Source: Candidatus Omnitrophota bacterium
GTDB taxonomy: Bacteria; Omnitrophota; Gorgyraeia; Duberdicusellales; 4484-171
Assembly: GCA_020352775.1 (NCBI GenBank)
Contig: CP070684.1
Coordinates: forward strand, 1,035,679 to 1,099,678
Reading direction: 5' to 3'
Length of the DNA: 64,000 nt
A program made the position numbers and the translations under genes. This document shows, piece by piece, positions 1-8,629 of the stretch (position 1 is the first letter of the stretch; every line of letters starts with the position of its first letter). The notes under the pieces are model-generated. The model saw only the letters and a list, made by a program, of their open reading frames with translations. It did not search any database and was not told where the DNA came from.

Positions 1-1
1 A

Positions 2-403
2 ATTGTAGAGCTTACCGAGACCGGCGAGAGTTTGCGCACCGCGGGCTTAAAAGAAATCGCAACTTTGTGCGAATCGACTACGAAGTTCATTGCAAATAAG
101 ACTTCATATAAAGATAGGTGGAAAAATAAAAAAATGGAGCATCTCCTTCTGCTTTTAAAAGGTGCATTGGAGGCAAGGGGCAAGGTGGGATTGAAGCTTA
201 ACCTAAGAGAGAAAGACTTAAAGAAGATTTTAAAATTACTTCCGGCGTTAAAAAAGCCCACAGTTTCTTCTCTTACGGTGAAAGACTGGGTTGCTTGTGA
301 GGTAATTATTGAGGAAAGTCAGGTACGTAACCTTGTGCCTCTTCTTAAAGAAGCCGGAGCACAAGGAATTATTGAATATCCCTTAAATAAAGTAATTCCC
401 TAG
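2..403 (+). CDS. hisG: ATP phosphoribosyltransferase, C-terminal (regulatory) part; 5' end lies upstream of the window
   Basis: The reading frame is open from nt 2 (IVELTETGESLRTAGL…). The C-terminal block KGALEARGKVGLKLNLRE…LPALKKPTVSSL…LLKEAGAQGIIEYPLNKVI resembles the long-form HisG regulatory domain (…LPGAERPTILPL…LKALGASSILVLPIEKL). Confidence 0.6.
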   Translation: MVELTETGESLRTAGLKEIATLCESTTKFIANKTSYKDRWKNKKMEHLLLLLKGALEARGKVGLKLNLREKDLKKILKLLPALKKPTVSSLTVKDWVACEVIIEESQVRNLVPLLKEAGAQGIIEYPLNKVIP

Positions 404-424
404 TTTGGATTTTAAGGAGCAAAG

Positions 425-514
425 ATGCCCTGCGGAAAAAAGAAAAAGTTACGAAAAGTAAAGAGACACTGGTTTAAAAAAAGAAGAAAGCAACAGAGAC
501 ATAAGTCACGATAA
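425..514 (+). CDS. 29-aa hyper-basic micro-protein (MPCGKKKKLRKVKRHWFKKRRKQQRHKSR), possible bS22-like small ribosomal protein
   Basis: ATG at 425 sits 7 nt after an AAGGAG Shine-Dalgarno and runs to TAA at 512-514. Composition is >60% K/R, like bS22/THX-class ribosomal micro-proteins. Absent from the ORF track, presumably below its length cut-off. Confidence 0.35.
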   Translation: MPCGKKKKLRKVKRHWFKKRRKQQRHKSR

Positions 515-521
515 GCCTTCA

Positions 522-1502
522 ATGAGATTTTTTGCCGCGTTTATTACGATCTCTCTTATTGTAATACCTTTTACTTTTGCTAAAAACAAACCCCCCTCCA
601 AACGCCTCTATAAGAATTATCTTCAAGCTGTTTTATCCATCGAACAGGGTGATTTTCGTACCGGCCTAAAAGGCTTAGAGAAGGCAAAGAAATTTGACCC
701 CGCCTCTTTCCATATCAGACTCAAAAAAGCAGCGCTACATATTCGTTTAGGAGAAATGAAAGAAGCTGAGAAGGAGTTAAGAGAGACAAAGAAAATCGAT
801 CCGGAACGGATGGACGCTTCTTTAGCTTTGATTTTTCTTTATTCTTATACCCAGCAGGACCGAGAACTGGAAAAAGAATATGAAGAGTTTTTAACTAAAG
901 CTCATGAGCTAAAACCAGAGGAAATTAAGATTTCTGAATACCTGGCGCAATTTTATTTTTATAAAAAGCGACTTCAAGATGCCATTAAAATCTATGAGGC
1001 AATTGTAGCAAAAAAGCCTGATTATCTTGAGGGCGTTTTCTGGCTGGGGGTTCTTTACGAGGAAGAGGGCCAAAGAGTAGAAGCGATTGAGATGTGGAAA
1101 CGCGCTTTGCAGATAGACGAGCACCATGCTCCAACCTTAAACTCTTTAGGGTATGTCTATGCTGAGGAGGGGATACATCTTGATGAAGCTGAGAGGATGG
1201 TTAAAAGAGCTCTGGAAAAAGAACCCGATAGCGGAGTGTATTTAGACAGCTTAGGCTGGATCTATTTTAAAAAAAAAGAATATCAGAAGGCCGAGGAGTA
1301 TTTAAAAAAGGCAGCTGCGGTGACCGAAGATTCGGTAATCTTTGAACATCTGGGAGATGTTTATATTGCCTTAGGAAACGTAGAAGAAGCCTTAAAATAC
1401 TACAAGAAAGGCATTGAGATTTCTCCGGAGAGTGATGAGTTAAAGGAAAAATTAGAGAAGTATGGACCGAAAGATCAAATTCCTGAAGAAGAAAGCAACT
1501 GA
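522..1502 (+). CDS. TPR-repeat protein with N-terminal signal peptide
   Basis: Hydrophobic N-terminus MRFFAAFITISLIVIPFTFA. Repeated A/L/Y/G-rich 34-residue units (…ALIFLYSY…, …EYLAQFYFYKKRLQDAIKIYEAI…, …WLGVLYEEEGQ…AIEMWKRALQID…, …LGYVYAEEG…, …LGWIYFKKKEYQKAEEYLKKA…, …LGDVYIALGNVEEALKYYKKGIEI). Confidence 0.6.
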   Translation: MRFFAAFITISLIVIPFTFAKNKPPSKRLYKNYLQAVLSIEQGDFRTGLKGLEKAKKFDPASFHIRLKKAALHIRLGEMKEAEKELRETKKIDPERMDASLALIFLYSYTQQDRELEKEYEEFLTKAHELKPEEIKISEYLAQFYFYKKRLQDAIKIYEAIVAKKPDYLEGVFWLGVLYEEEGQRVEAIEMWKRALQIDEHHAPTLNSLGYVYAEEGIHLDEAERMVKRALEKEPDSGVYLDSLGWIYFKKKEYQKAEEYLKKAAAVTEDSVIFEHLGDVYIALGNVEEALKYYKKGIEISPESDELKEKLEKYGPKDQIPEEESN

Positions 1503-2310
1503 GATACGAAGGCTTATCGTGCAGATGCTGGCAAAGGCCGGCAGTGGTCATCCCGGTGGGTCTTTATCTTCCACTGATATTATCACCTGCCTCTTTTTTG
1601 CTGTGATGCGTCACACCCCTAGCGATCCACAGTGGTCAGACAGAGACAGGTTTCATCTTTCTAAAGGTCATTGTTGTCCGGCGCTTTATGCGGCATTATC
1701 TCTGTGCGGTTATTTTCCTAAAAAAGAATTATGGAATTTAAGACAGTTGGGCGCAATGCTGCAGGGTCATCCTGATAGAAGAACGCCGGGGGTGGAAGTA
1801 GCAAGTGGTTCATTAGGGCAAGGATTATCTGTTGCTTTAGGCATGGCTTTAGCAGGTAAAGTTGATAAAAAAGATTGGCGCATATATTGCCTCATGGGAG
1901 ATGGAGAAATCCAGGAAGGAAATATCTGGGAAGCAGCCATGGCAGCAGCGCATTTTAAGTTGGATAATTTATGCGGCGTCGTCGATTACAATCATTTTCA
2001 GATAGACGGCAGGACCGAAGAAATAATGAATTTAGAACCTTTGGTTAATAAATGGGAGTCTTTTGGCTGGCACGTGGTGCAGTGTGATGGACATAATATC
2101 GAAGAGCTACTTGAGGCTTTTGATGAAGCCAAGGCAATTAAGTTTAAGCCTACCGTGATCATCGCCCACACCGTGAAGGGCAAAGGAGTTTCTTTCATGG
2201 AGCATGTGGTGGATTTTCATGGTCGTGCCCCCACTGCGCAAGAAAAGGATATCGCTTTAAAGGAGCTTGATGAGATTGAAAAAATAGAGGAGACAAAAGG
2301 TAAGAAGTAA
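1462..2310 (+). CDS. tkt: transketolase, N-terminal (TPP-binding) subunit
   Basis: IRRLIVQMLAKAGSGHPGGSLSSTDIIT…HLSKGHCCPALYAAL…GSLGQGLSVALGMALA…CLMGDGEIQEGNIWEA. 282 aa, followed 1 nt later by the C-terminal subunit. Confidence 0.85.
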   Translation: MDRKIKFLKKKATEIRRLIVQMLAKAGSGHPGGSLSSTDIITCLFFAVMRHTPSDPQWSDRDRFHLSKGHCCPALYAALSLCGYFPKKELWNLRQLGAMLQGHPDRRTPGVEVASGSLGQGLSVALGMALAGKVDKKDWRIYCLMGDGEIQEGNIWEAAMAAAHFKLDNLCGVVDYNHFQIDGRTEEIMNLEPLVNKWESFGWHVVQCDGHNIEELLEAFDEAKAIKFKPTVIIAHTVKGKGVSFMEHVVDFHGRAPTAQEKDIALKELDEIEKIEETKGKK

Positions 2311-2311
2311 G

Positions 2312-3247
2312 ATGGAGTCATTATACGCGCGCGATATTTACGGAAAGACCCTTATTGAATTAGGCAAAAAGGATTTAAGAGTTGTAGTTTTAGATGCTGA
2401 CCTTTCAGGTTCTACTCGTACTGCTCTTTTTGGCCGTGAGTACCCTGATAGGTTTTTTAACTTTGGTGTTGCAGAACAAAATATGATGGCAGCTGCTGCG
2501 GGCCTGGCAAGCTGTGGTAAAATAGTATTTGCTTCTACTTTTGCCATGTTCGCTACCGCAAGAGTGATGGATCAGGTAAGGAACTCTATCTGTTACAATA
2601 ATTTTAATGTTAAGATTGTCGCATCCCACGCAGGGATCACAGTTGGAGAAGATGGTTCCAGCCACCAGGCTTTAGAAGATATTAATTTATTGCGTGCCAT
2701 TCCACAACTACGCATAATTGTTCCCTGCGATGCCTGGGAGACAAGGGATGCGATATTTGCAGCTTATGAAACCGAAGGTCCTTTCTATATTCGTATGGGA
2801 AGGGCTAAGATTCCCACCATCGAGCAAAAGAAAAAGTTTAAGGTTGGTAAAGGTTATGTGATTGAAGAGGGAGAAGACCTTGCGATAATAGCCTGCGGAA
2901 TTATGATGAATGAGTCTTTGGAGGCTAACAAGTTATTAAAGAAAGAAGGCGTTTCAGCTACGGTGGTAAATATGCACACCATAAAACCAATCGATGAAGA
3001 TCTGATTGTTGATATCGCCAAAAAACATAAAAAGATTATGGTATGTGAAGAACATCAAGTGATAGGAGGCCTTTATTCTGCAGTATGTGAAGTTCTGGCA
3101 CGTAAGTGCCCCACTCTCATAGAGCGGGTGGGGATTGAGGATAGCTTTGGCCAATCGGGCTCTCCTAAGGAGTTGATGGATTTTTATGGTCTTTCCTCTA
3201 GCGGCATCGCTAAAAAAGCGCAAAAATTTATACGGCAGCACAGTTAA
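2312..3247 (+). CDS. tkt: transketolase, C-terminal (pyrimidine-binding/C-domain) subunit
   Basis: GREYPDRFFNFGVAEQNMMAAAAGLA…HAGITVGEDGSSHQALEDINLLRAIPQL…VPCDAWE. 311 aa, and the start follows the upstream stop by 1 nt. Confidence 0.85.
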   Translation: MESLYARDIYGKTLIELGKKDLRVVVLDADLSGSTRTALFGREYPDRFFNFGVAEQNMMAAAAGLASCGKIVFASTFAMFATARVMDQVRNSICYNNFNVKIVASHAGITVGEDGSSHQALEDINLLRAIPQLRIIVPCDAWETRDAIFAAYETEGPFYIRMGRAKIPTIEQKKKFKVGKGYVIEEGEDLAIIACGIMMNESLEANKLLKKEGVSATVVNMHTIKPIDEDLIVDIAKKHKKIMVCEEHQVIGGLYSAVCEVLARKCPTLIERVGIEDSFGQSGSPKELMDFYGLSSSGIAKKAQKFIRQHS

Positions 3248-4079
3248 GGTATTAAGTCCCGCCAAGATCAATCTTTATCTTAATATCCTTGGTAAATACA
3301 GTAATGGCTTTCATTGTATTGAAAGTATCGTAGAGAGAGTTTCTCTTTTTGATGAGATTACTATCCGCACAACTAAAACCAATACGGTCACCATTTCTTC
3401 TAATGTTAAAAGCCTTACGACCGATACAAATCTTTGTGTGCGGGCAGCTAAAGTTTTAGTAAGAAAGCAGAAATTGCCTTTTGGATTTGATATTTTTCTT
3501 AAAAAGCGAATACCTCTCGGGGCTGGTTTGGGCGGAGGATCTTCCAATGCTGCTTCTACCCTTATGGGTATAAATAAGCTTCTGAATCTGAAATTGTCAG
3601 AATCAACGCTTTATCAATTAGGCGCACAATTAGGAAGCGATGTAAATTTCTTTATTTCACAGAGCCCCTTTGCTTTTATTTCCGGGAGAGGGGAGAAAGT
3701 AGTTCCTTTTAAGGGGAAAAGCTTGCGTCATCTTATTTTTTGGCCTGGTACAACCTTACCTACTAAAAGGGTATATGCTGTGCAGAGAGCGAAATTGACA
3801 AAGGTTTTTTCCAATGTTAAGATATTAACTCATGCCATAAAAAAAGGCGACACGGCCCTCATTAAAAATAATATTTTTAACGCTCTTGAGGAGCCAGCAT
3901 TAAGGATTTGTAAAGAGTTAAGAGAGGTAAAAGAATATTTAGCCCAAAAAGGAATAGAAGCGAAGGTCACAGGGAGTGGGAGTGCCCTCTATACAGTTTT
4001 AGATGGTACTACACCTCATAAGATAGAAGGGAAGCTGGCTAACAAAAGATGGCTAGTGTTCGCAGTTTGTACGGTTTAA
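3186..4079 (+). CDS. ispE: 4-diphosphocytidyl-2-C-methyl-D-erythritol kinase
   Basis: SPAKINLYLNILGKYSNGFH…ESI…DEITI… and the GHMP kinase motif PLGAGLGGGSSNAAS. The only in-frame canonical start (ATG 3186) overlaps tkt-C by 62 nt, so the start is uncertain. Confidence 0.8.
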   Translation: MVFPLAASLKKRKNLYGSTVKVLSPAKINLYLNILGKYSNGFHCIESIVERVSLFDEITIRTTKTNTVTISSNVKSLTTDTNLCVRAAKVLVRKQKLPFGFDIFLKKRIPLGAGLGGGSSNAASTLMGINKLLNLKLSESTLYQLGAQLGSDVNFFISQSPFAFISGRGEKVVPFKGKSLRHLIFWPGTTLPTKRVYAVQRAKLTKVFSNVKILTHAIKKGDTALIKNNIFNALEEPALRICKELREVKEYLAQKGIEAKVTGSGSALYTVLDGTTPHKIEGKLANKRWLVFAVCTV

Positions 4080-4094
4080 AAGGAGGTAGGAGCT

Positions 4095-4523
4095 ATGGAA
4101 ATCACAGAAGTTAGAATTTCGCTCCGGGAACACGAAGGCAAAAGGCTTAAGGCTTATGCAACAGTTACATTTGACAACTCGTTTGTGGTGCGAAACATCA
4201 AGGTTGTTGAAGGCAACAACGGTCTCTTTGTGGCAATGCCCGCAAGAAAGTTAAAGCAGTTTTGCGCTCGCTGCGGGAAAAAGGTTGATGTCGGAAGCCG
4301 TTATTGCAATATGTGTGGTGTGCAATTGCCATCGTCCCCCAAAAATGCAAGTTTAGACAAACAAGCTACCCATCAGGACTTAGCACACCCTATTAATCAA
4401 GAGTTCCGTGATTATCTTCAAAGCAAGGTGTTGGATGCTTACTACGAGGAGAAAAAGACAGCTGGGAAAGAGTCCCATGCTTTCGAAGAGGGTCCTGCGC
4501 CAGAAGCAGAGGAAGAAGCATAG
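4095..4523 (+). CDS. spoVG: SpoVG-family protein carrying an inserted zinc-ribbon (CxxC-x10-CxxC)
   Basis: MEITEVRISLREHEGKRLKAYATVTFDNSFVVRNIKVVEGNNGLFVAMPARK…DLAHPINQEFRDYLQSKVLDAYYEE is a canonical SpoVG core. A ~35-aa CARCGKKVDVGSRYCNMCG segment is inserted before the DLAHPIN block. AGGAGG RBS upstream. Confidence 0.75.
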   Translation: MEITEVRISLREHEGKRLKAYATVTFDNSFVVRNIKVVEGNNGLFVAMPARKLKQFCARCGKKVDVGSRYCNMCGVQLPSSPKNASLDKQATHQDLAHPINQEFRDYLQSKVLDAYYEEKKTAGKESHAFEEGPAPEAEEEA

Positions 4524-4548
4524 AGCGCTTTTTGTTGAGATAGAGATT

Positions 4549-4620
4549 TGCCCGGTAGTGTAATTGGTAACACACGAGAATTTGGATCTCGCTTTCCTGG
4601 TTCGAGTCCAGGCCGGGCAG
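4549..4620 (+). tRNA. tRNA-Gln (anticodon UUG), CCA not encoded
   Basis: Manual cloverleaf: acceptor TGCCCGG/CCGGGCA, D-stem GTGT/ACAC, anticodon stem CGAGA/TCTCG with loop ATTTGGA (anticodon TTG), T-arm CCTGG-TTCGAGT-CCAGG, discriminator G. Confidence 0.65.
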
Positions 4621-4685
4621 TTATGCAGATAAATTTCGCCGAATATATACTGGGTGAACTTTTACGATGAAACTTTAATAATTTT

Positions 4686-5939
4686 ATGGAAAAAATAACC
4701 GCAATAGTTTTGGCTGCAGGTAAGGGAGTGAGGATGAAGTCGTCCATTCCGAAAGTGTTACATGAAGTTGCAGGAAGACCTTTGGTTTATCATGTTTTGC
4801 AGCAATTAGTTGGTCTGGAAAAACACATTGATCAGATTCTGGTAGTGGTGGGATACCAGGCTAAACTGGTAGAAAAAGAAATAAAGAAACATTTTCCCGG
4901 AGTTCAATGCATCTACCAGAAAAAACTACTGGGAACAGCCGATGCTTTGCGTTGTGCTAAAGATAAAGTAAGCCATGATAAGGTATTGATTTTGTGTGGC
5001 GATGCTCCTCTCATTAGACGTTCAACTTTAGCTTCGCTTATTTCTTCTAAGAAAAAATCTAGTTGCTGTGTGGTTAGTGCATGCAAAGATGGAAAGAATT
5101 CACTCGGCAGGATTATTCGCGACTCAAAAGGTCGTGTTAAAGCTATACGCGAAGCAATAGAGCTGGGGGCCGGTGCTAATCACCGAGAAGTTAATAGCGG
5201 TATTTATCTTTTTGATCGTAAGATTTTATTTTCGAATTTAAAAAAAATAGAGAAAAATAAAAAGAAAGGGGAATATTTTCTTACCGATATTATAGAGATT
5301 TTATATGGTCAAGGCATACCAGTAGACTCATATATGCTCGAGAGCGATGAGGAGATTTTGGGAATAAATACTCAAAAAGATCTTCACCTTGCTGAGAAGA
5401 TCATGCGTAGCCGTCTCCTGGAGCAATATATTGATAAGGGAGTACGGATTATTGATCCTGAGACCACTTTTATCGAAGAGGGAGTTAAGATAGGCAAAAA
5501 CACGGTGATTTTTCCCTTTACCTTCATAGAAAAGGGTGTTATAATTGGCGCTAATTGTTCCCTGGGTCCCTTTATTCATGTAAGGGGAAACTCCCGCATA
5601 AATAACGATACCCATTTAGGTAATTATGTGGAAGTGAACCGTTCTGTGATTGGAAAGAACGTAAAAATGAAGCATTTTGGATATTTGGGAGATACAGCTG
5701 TGGAGGGTGATGCTAACATTGGAGCCGGTACGGTGGTAGCGAATTTTGACGGCAAACGAAAGCATAAAACTCATATCGGCAAAGAAGCTTTTATTGGCTC
5801 TGATACTATTTTGGTGGCACCGGTTAAGGTAGGCAAAAAGGGAGCTACTGGTGCAGGGAGTGTGGTTACAAAGGACGTTAAAGCTGGCACAGTAGTAGTG
5901 GGGGTGCCGGCAAAGATTCTTAAAAAAAGGAAGGGCTAA
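4686..5939 (+). CDS. glmU: bifunctional UDP-GlcNAc pyrophosphorylase / GlcN-1-P N-acetyltransferase
   Basis: N-terminus AIVLAAGKGVRMKSSIPKVLHEVAGRPL (nucleotidyltransferase). C-terminal left-handed beta-helix hexapeptide repeats (…IGANCSLGPF…IGKNVKM…GDANIGAGTVV…). Confidence 0.85.
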   Translation: MEKITAIVLAAGKGVRMKSSIPKVLHEVAGRPLVYHVLQQLVGLEKHIDQILVVVGYQAKLVEKEIKKHFPGVQCIYQKKLLGTADALRCAKDKVSHDKVLILCGDAPLIRRSTLASLISSKKKSSCCVVSACKDGKNSLGRIIRDSKGRVKAIREAIELGAGANHREVNSGIYLFDRKILFSNLKKIEKNKKKGEYFLTDIIEILYGQGIPVDSYMLESDEEILGINTQKDLHLAEKIMRSRLLEQYIDKGVRIIDPETTFIEEGVKIGKNTVIFPFTFIEKGVIIGANCSLGPFIHVRGNSRINNDTHLGNYVEVNRSVIGKNVKMKHFGYLGDTAVEGDANIGAGTVVANFDGKRKHKTHIGKEAFIGSDTILVAPVKVGKKGATGAGSVVTKDVKAGTVVVGVPAKILKKRKG

Positions 5940-5941
5940 TA

Positions 5942-6892
5942 ATGGATAAAATGATTGTTTTAAGCGGCAATTCTAATAAGCTTTTGGCGGATAAGATAAG
6001 CGCAGCCTTGAAAGTAAAACAAGCCAAAGCTTTAGTTTCACGCTTTAGCGATGGTGAAATAAGAGTCAAAATTGAAGAGAATGTAAGAGGAAAAGATGTT
6101 TTTCTTATTCAATCGACTTGTGCTCCGGTAAATGAGAATTTAATGGAATTGCTGATTATGCTCGATGCGACACGCCGTGCCTCTCCTTTTAGGATTACTG
6201 CGGTTATTCCTTATTTTGGCTATGCGCGCCAAGACAGAAAGGATCAGCCACGCGTACCAATCACGGCTAAGCTGGTCGCTAACCTTTTAACTGGTGCCGG
6301 TGCCTCACGCGTCTTGACTTTGGATTTGCACGCCGGACAGATTCAGGGGTTTTTTGATATCCCCCTAGACCATCTTTATTCTATTAATGCCTTTGTGGAT
6401 TATTTTAAAAAAGCGAAGGTAAATAATAATCTGGTGGTTGTTTCTCCTGATGTGGGCGGAATAAAGATGGCACGAGCCTATGCCAAAAGATTTCGTGCCG
6501 GATTAGCTATTGTGGATAAAAGACGCAATGCTCCTGATGCTACCGAGGTTATGCATATTCTGGGAGAAGTAAAGGGAAAAAATGTAATTATGGTAGATGA
6601 CATTATTGCTACCGGCAGCTCTTTGGTGGAAGCTGCAAAAGCTTTAAGAAAAGGCGGAGCAAAAAAGATTTATGCCGCAGTAGCTCACGGGGTGTTATCT
6701 TCAAACGCTATAGAAAAAATAGAGAAGTCTGATATAGACATGGTGGTTGTTACGGATTCTATTCCGTTGGATAGTAAGAAAAAGAGCAAGAAGGTGAAGG
6801 TTGTTTCAGTAGGAAAGCTTTTTGCCGACGCAATAAAGAGGATACATTTTGAGAAGTCAATAAGTGTGCTTTTTGAATCAATAGGGAGTTAA
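5942..6892 (+). CDS. prs: ribose-phosphate pyrophosphokinase
   Basis: LSGNSNKLLADKIS…RFSDGEIRVKIEENVRGKDVFLIQST…, DLHAGQIQGFFDIPLDHLY and the PRPP-binding VDDIIATGSS. Confidence 0.9.
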   Translation: MDKMIVLSGNSNKLLADKISAALKVKQAKALVSRFSDGEIRVKIEENVRGKDVFLIQSTCAPVNENLMELLIMLDATRRASPFRITAVIPYFGYARQDRKDQPRVPITAKLVANLLTGAGASRVLTLDLHAGQIQGFFDIPLDHLYSINAFVDYFKKAKVNNNLVVVSPDVGGIKMARAYAKRFRAGLAIVDKRRNAPDATEVMHILGEVKGKNVIMVDDIIATGSSLVEAAKALRKGGAKKIYAAVAHGVLSSNAIEKIEKSDIDMVVVTDSIPLDSKKKSKKVKVVSVGKLFADAIKRIHFEKSISVLFESIGS

Positions 6893-6893
6893 C

Positions 6894-7595
6894 ATGGAAA
6901 AAGTAAAAATTGATGCAATTTTAAGGGAAAAGTCGGGTAAAGAGGTAACCAAGAAATTGAGAAAAGAAGGGTCTATCCCCGCAGTCATATACGGTAAAGA
7001 AACAAATCTATCCGTTCAGATTCCTCACCAAGGACTAAGGACGTTAAAATCAATCCATTTTTCAGAAAGCACTGTTATCGAAATGGTAGTTAGTAACAAT
7101 AAGAAGCACGAAACTTTCCCGGTTATCATAAAGGATATCCAGCACCATCCTTTGACCGATGAAGTTATACATCTGGATTTCTTAAAAGTCTCACTCAAGG
7201 AAAAAATTACAGTGCATATTCCGATAGTGTTCAGAGGAGAGGCAAAAGGAGCTAAAGAGGGGGGGACCCTTGAGCAGCTTTTATGGGAGTTAGAAGTAGA
7301 AGGACTTCCTATGGATATCCCTGAAAAAGTTGAGATTGACATTTCCGGATTAGAGATTGGACATTCCCTTCACGTTAGTGATGTAACAATTACAGGTGAT
7401 GTAGAAATAGTAACCCCTGCTGAGGATGCAATTGTAACCGTAAGCGTTAAGAAGGTAGAAGAAGAAGTTGTGCCGGCAGAAGAGGAAGCTGTGCCCCAAG
7501 AGCCAGAGGTAATAAAAGAGAAGAAAGAAGTTCCAGAGGAAGAAGGGGCCAAAAAAGAAGAAAAGCCTAAAAAAGAAGAAAAGAAGGAGAGCTAG
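6894..7595 (+). CDS. rplY: ribosomal protein bL25 / general stress protein Ctc with E/K-rich C-terminal tail
   Basis: LREKSGKEVTKKLRKEGSIPAVIYGK…HLDF fits L25/Ctc. Its position between prs and pth is the conserved one. The C-terminal ~45 aa are low-complexity E/K/P. Confidence 0.8.
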   Translation: MEKVKIDAILREKSGKEVTKKLRKEGSIPAVIYGKETNLSVQIPHQGLRTLKSIHFSESTVIEMVVSNNKKHETFPVIIKDIQHHPLTDEVIHLDFLKVSLKEKITVHIPIVFRGEAKGAKEGGTLEQLLWELEVEGLPMDIPEKVEIDISGLEIGHSLHVSDVTITGDVEIVTPAEDAIVTVSVKKVEEEVVPAEEEAVPQEPEVIKEKKEVPEEEGAKKEEKPKKEEKKES

Positions 7596-7690
7596 TCTCT
7601 CAAAAAAGAGCCTGCCCTCAAAAACATATAGATTGCAAGGCGTTGTGATAAAAGGCGATTATTTGATAAATTTAATCACATTTTAAGAAA

Positions 7691-8260
7691 GTGCGGATAA
7701 TTTTTGGTTTGGGCAATCCCGGCTTTCGATATAAAAATACACGTCATAACATAGGATATATGACCGTGGAGGCGATTGCCAAGGAAAAAAGAATTAGCTT
7801 TAAGAGAAACCTAGAATTAAGCGCCCAGCTGGTTCAGTTTAAGGTAGATGAAGAGGAAGTTGTTTTGGTCAAACCGCGCACCTTTATGAATAATTCAGGT
7901 ACTTGTGTGAAAAAGGTTTTAAGTAAGTATAAGTGTTTGCCCAAAGAAACTTTAGTAGTGCATGATGATGTAGATTTGCCGTTGGGCGTATTAAGATTTC
8001 GCCAACGGGGAAGGTTCGGAGGTCATCGCGGTATCGCATCGATTCTATCTTCTTTAGATACCGATGATTTTAATAGACTGAAAATTGGAATCGGTAGGCC
8101 CGATTCAAAAGAAGTGTCAGATTATGTTCTTTGCGGCTTTTCCAGAAAAGAAAAGAGAGTTTTATCAGAAATGGTTGAAAGAGCAGTGGCAGCATGTATG
8201 GATTGGGTACGTTGTGGTAGCCACTATGTAATGAGTAGATATAATCAGCGTTCCCAATGA
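7691..8260 (+). CDS. pth: peptidyl-tRNA hydrolase
   Basis: GTG start, then RIIFGLGNPGFRYKNTRHNIGYM…VKPRTFMNNSG…HDDVDLPLG…RFRQRGRFGGHRGI…. Confidence 0.85.
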   Translation: MRIIFGLGNPGFRYKNTRHNIGYMTVEAIAKEKRISFKRNLELSAQLVQFKVDEEEVVLVKPRTFMNNSGTCVKKVLSKYKCLPKETLVVHDDVDLPLGVLRFRQRGRFGGHRGIASILSSLDTDDFNRLKIGIGRPDSKEVSDYVLCGFSRKEKRVLSEMVERAVAACMDWVRCGSHYVMSRYNQRSQ

Positions 8261-8285
8261 TTGCTTTCAAAAATAAGGAGGAAAA

Positions 8286-8615
8286 GTGATTAGAAGCTAC
8301 GAAAGTATGATGATTTTCAGGCCTGACTTAGGAGAAGAGCAGAGAGAAGAGATGTTTCAAAAAATAATCAAGAAAATCGAGGGCCTGGAAGGTAAAGTTC
8401 TTCTTTCTAATGTGTGGGCCAGTGAAAGAAGTCTCTATTATCCTTTAAGATCCAGAGGAGCAGAGAAAAAGAAGTATTCTAAGGGCAGCTACTGGTGCAT
8501 ACAATTTTCGTTGGATACGGAGAAATTAGCTGATTTGAAAGAGACAATCAGACTCGAGGAAAGGATATTAAGAAATATAATTGTAAGGAAAGAGACAGAG
8601 AAAACCAAGGCTTAA
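8286..8615 (+). CDS. rpsF: ribosomal protein bS6
   Basis: YESMMIFRPDLGEEQREEMFQKI… is S6-like. It heads the conserved rpsF–ssb–rpsR–rplI block, with an AAGGAGG RBS and a GTG start. Confidence 0.8.
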   Translation: MIRSYESMMIFRPDLGEEQREEMFQKIIKKIEGLEGKVLLSNVWASERSLYYPLRSRGAEKKKYSKGSYWCIQFSLDTEKLADLKETIRLEERILRNIIVRKETEKTKA

Positions 8616-8629
8616 TTTAAGGAGGCGAA

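Noticed and set aside
2-403. hisG fragment as a possible pseudogene
   Set aside because: The frame is open from the first base of the window and the C-terminal regulatory domain is intact. The truncation is most simply the window edge.
7640-7690. Near-palindrome TGATAAATTTAATCA and TGTGAT…ATCACA upstream of pth (CRP-like?)
   Set aside because: Spacing does not fit TGTGA-N6-TCACA and two mismatches break the inner palindrome. In AT-rich intergenic DNA this is within chance expectation.
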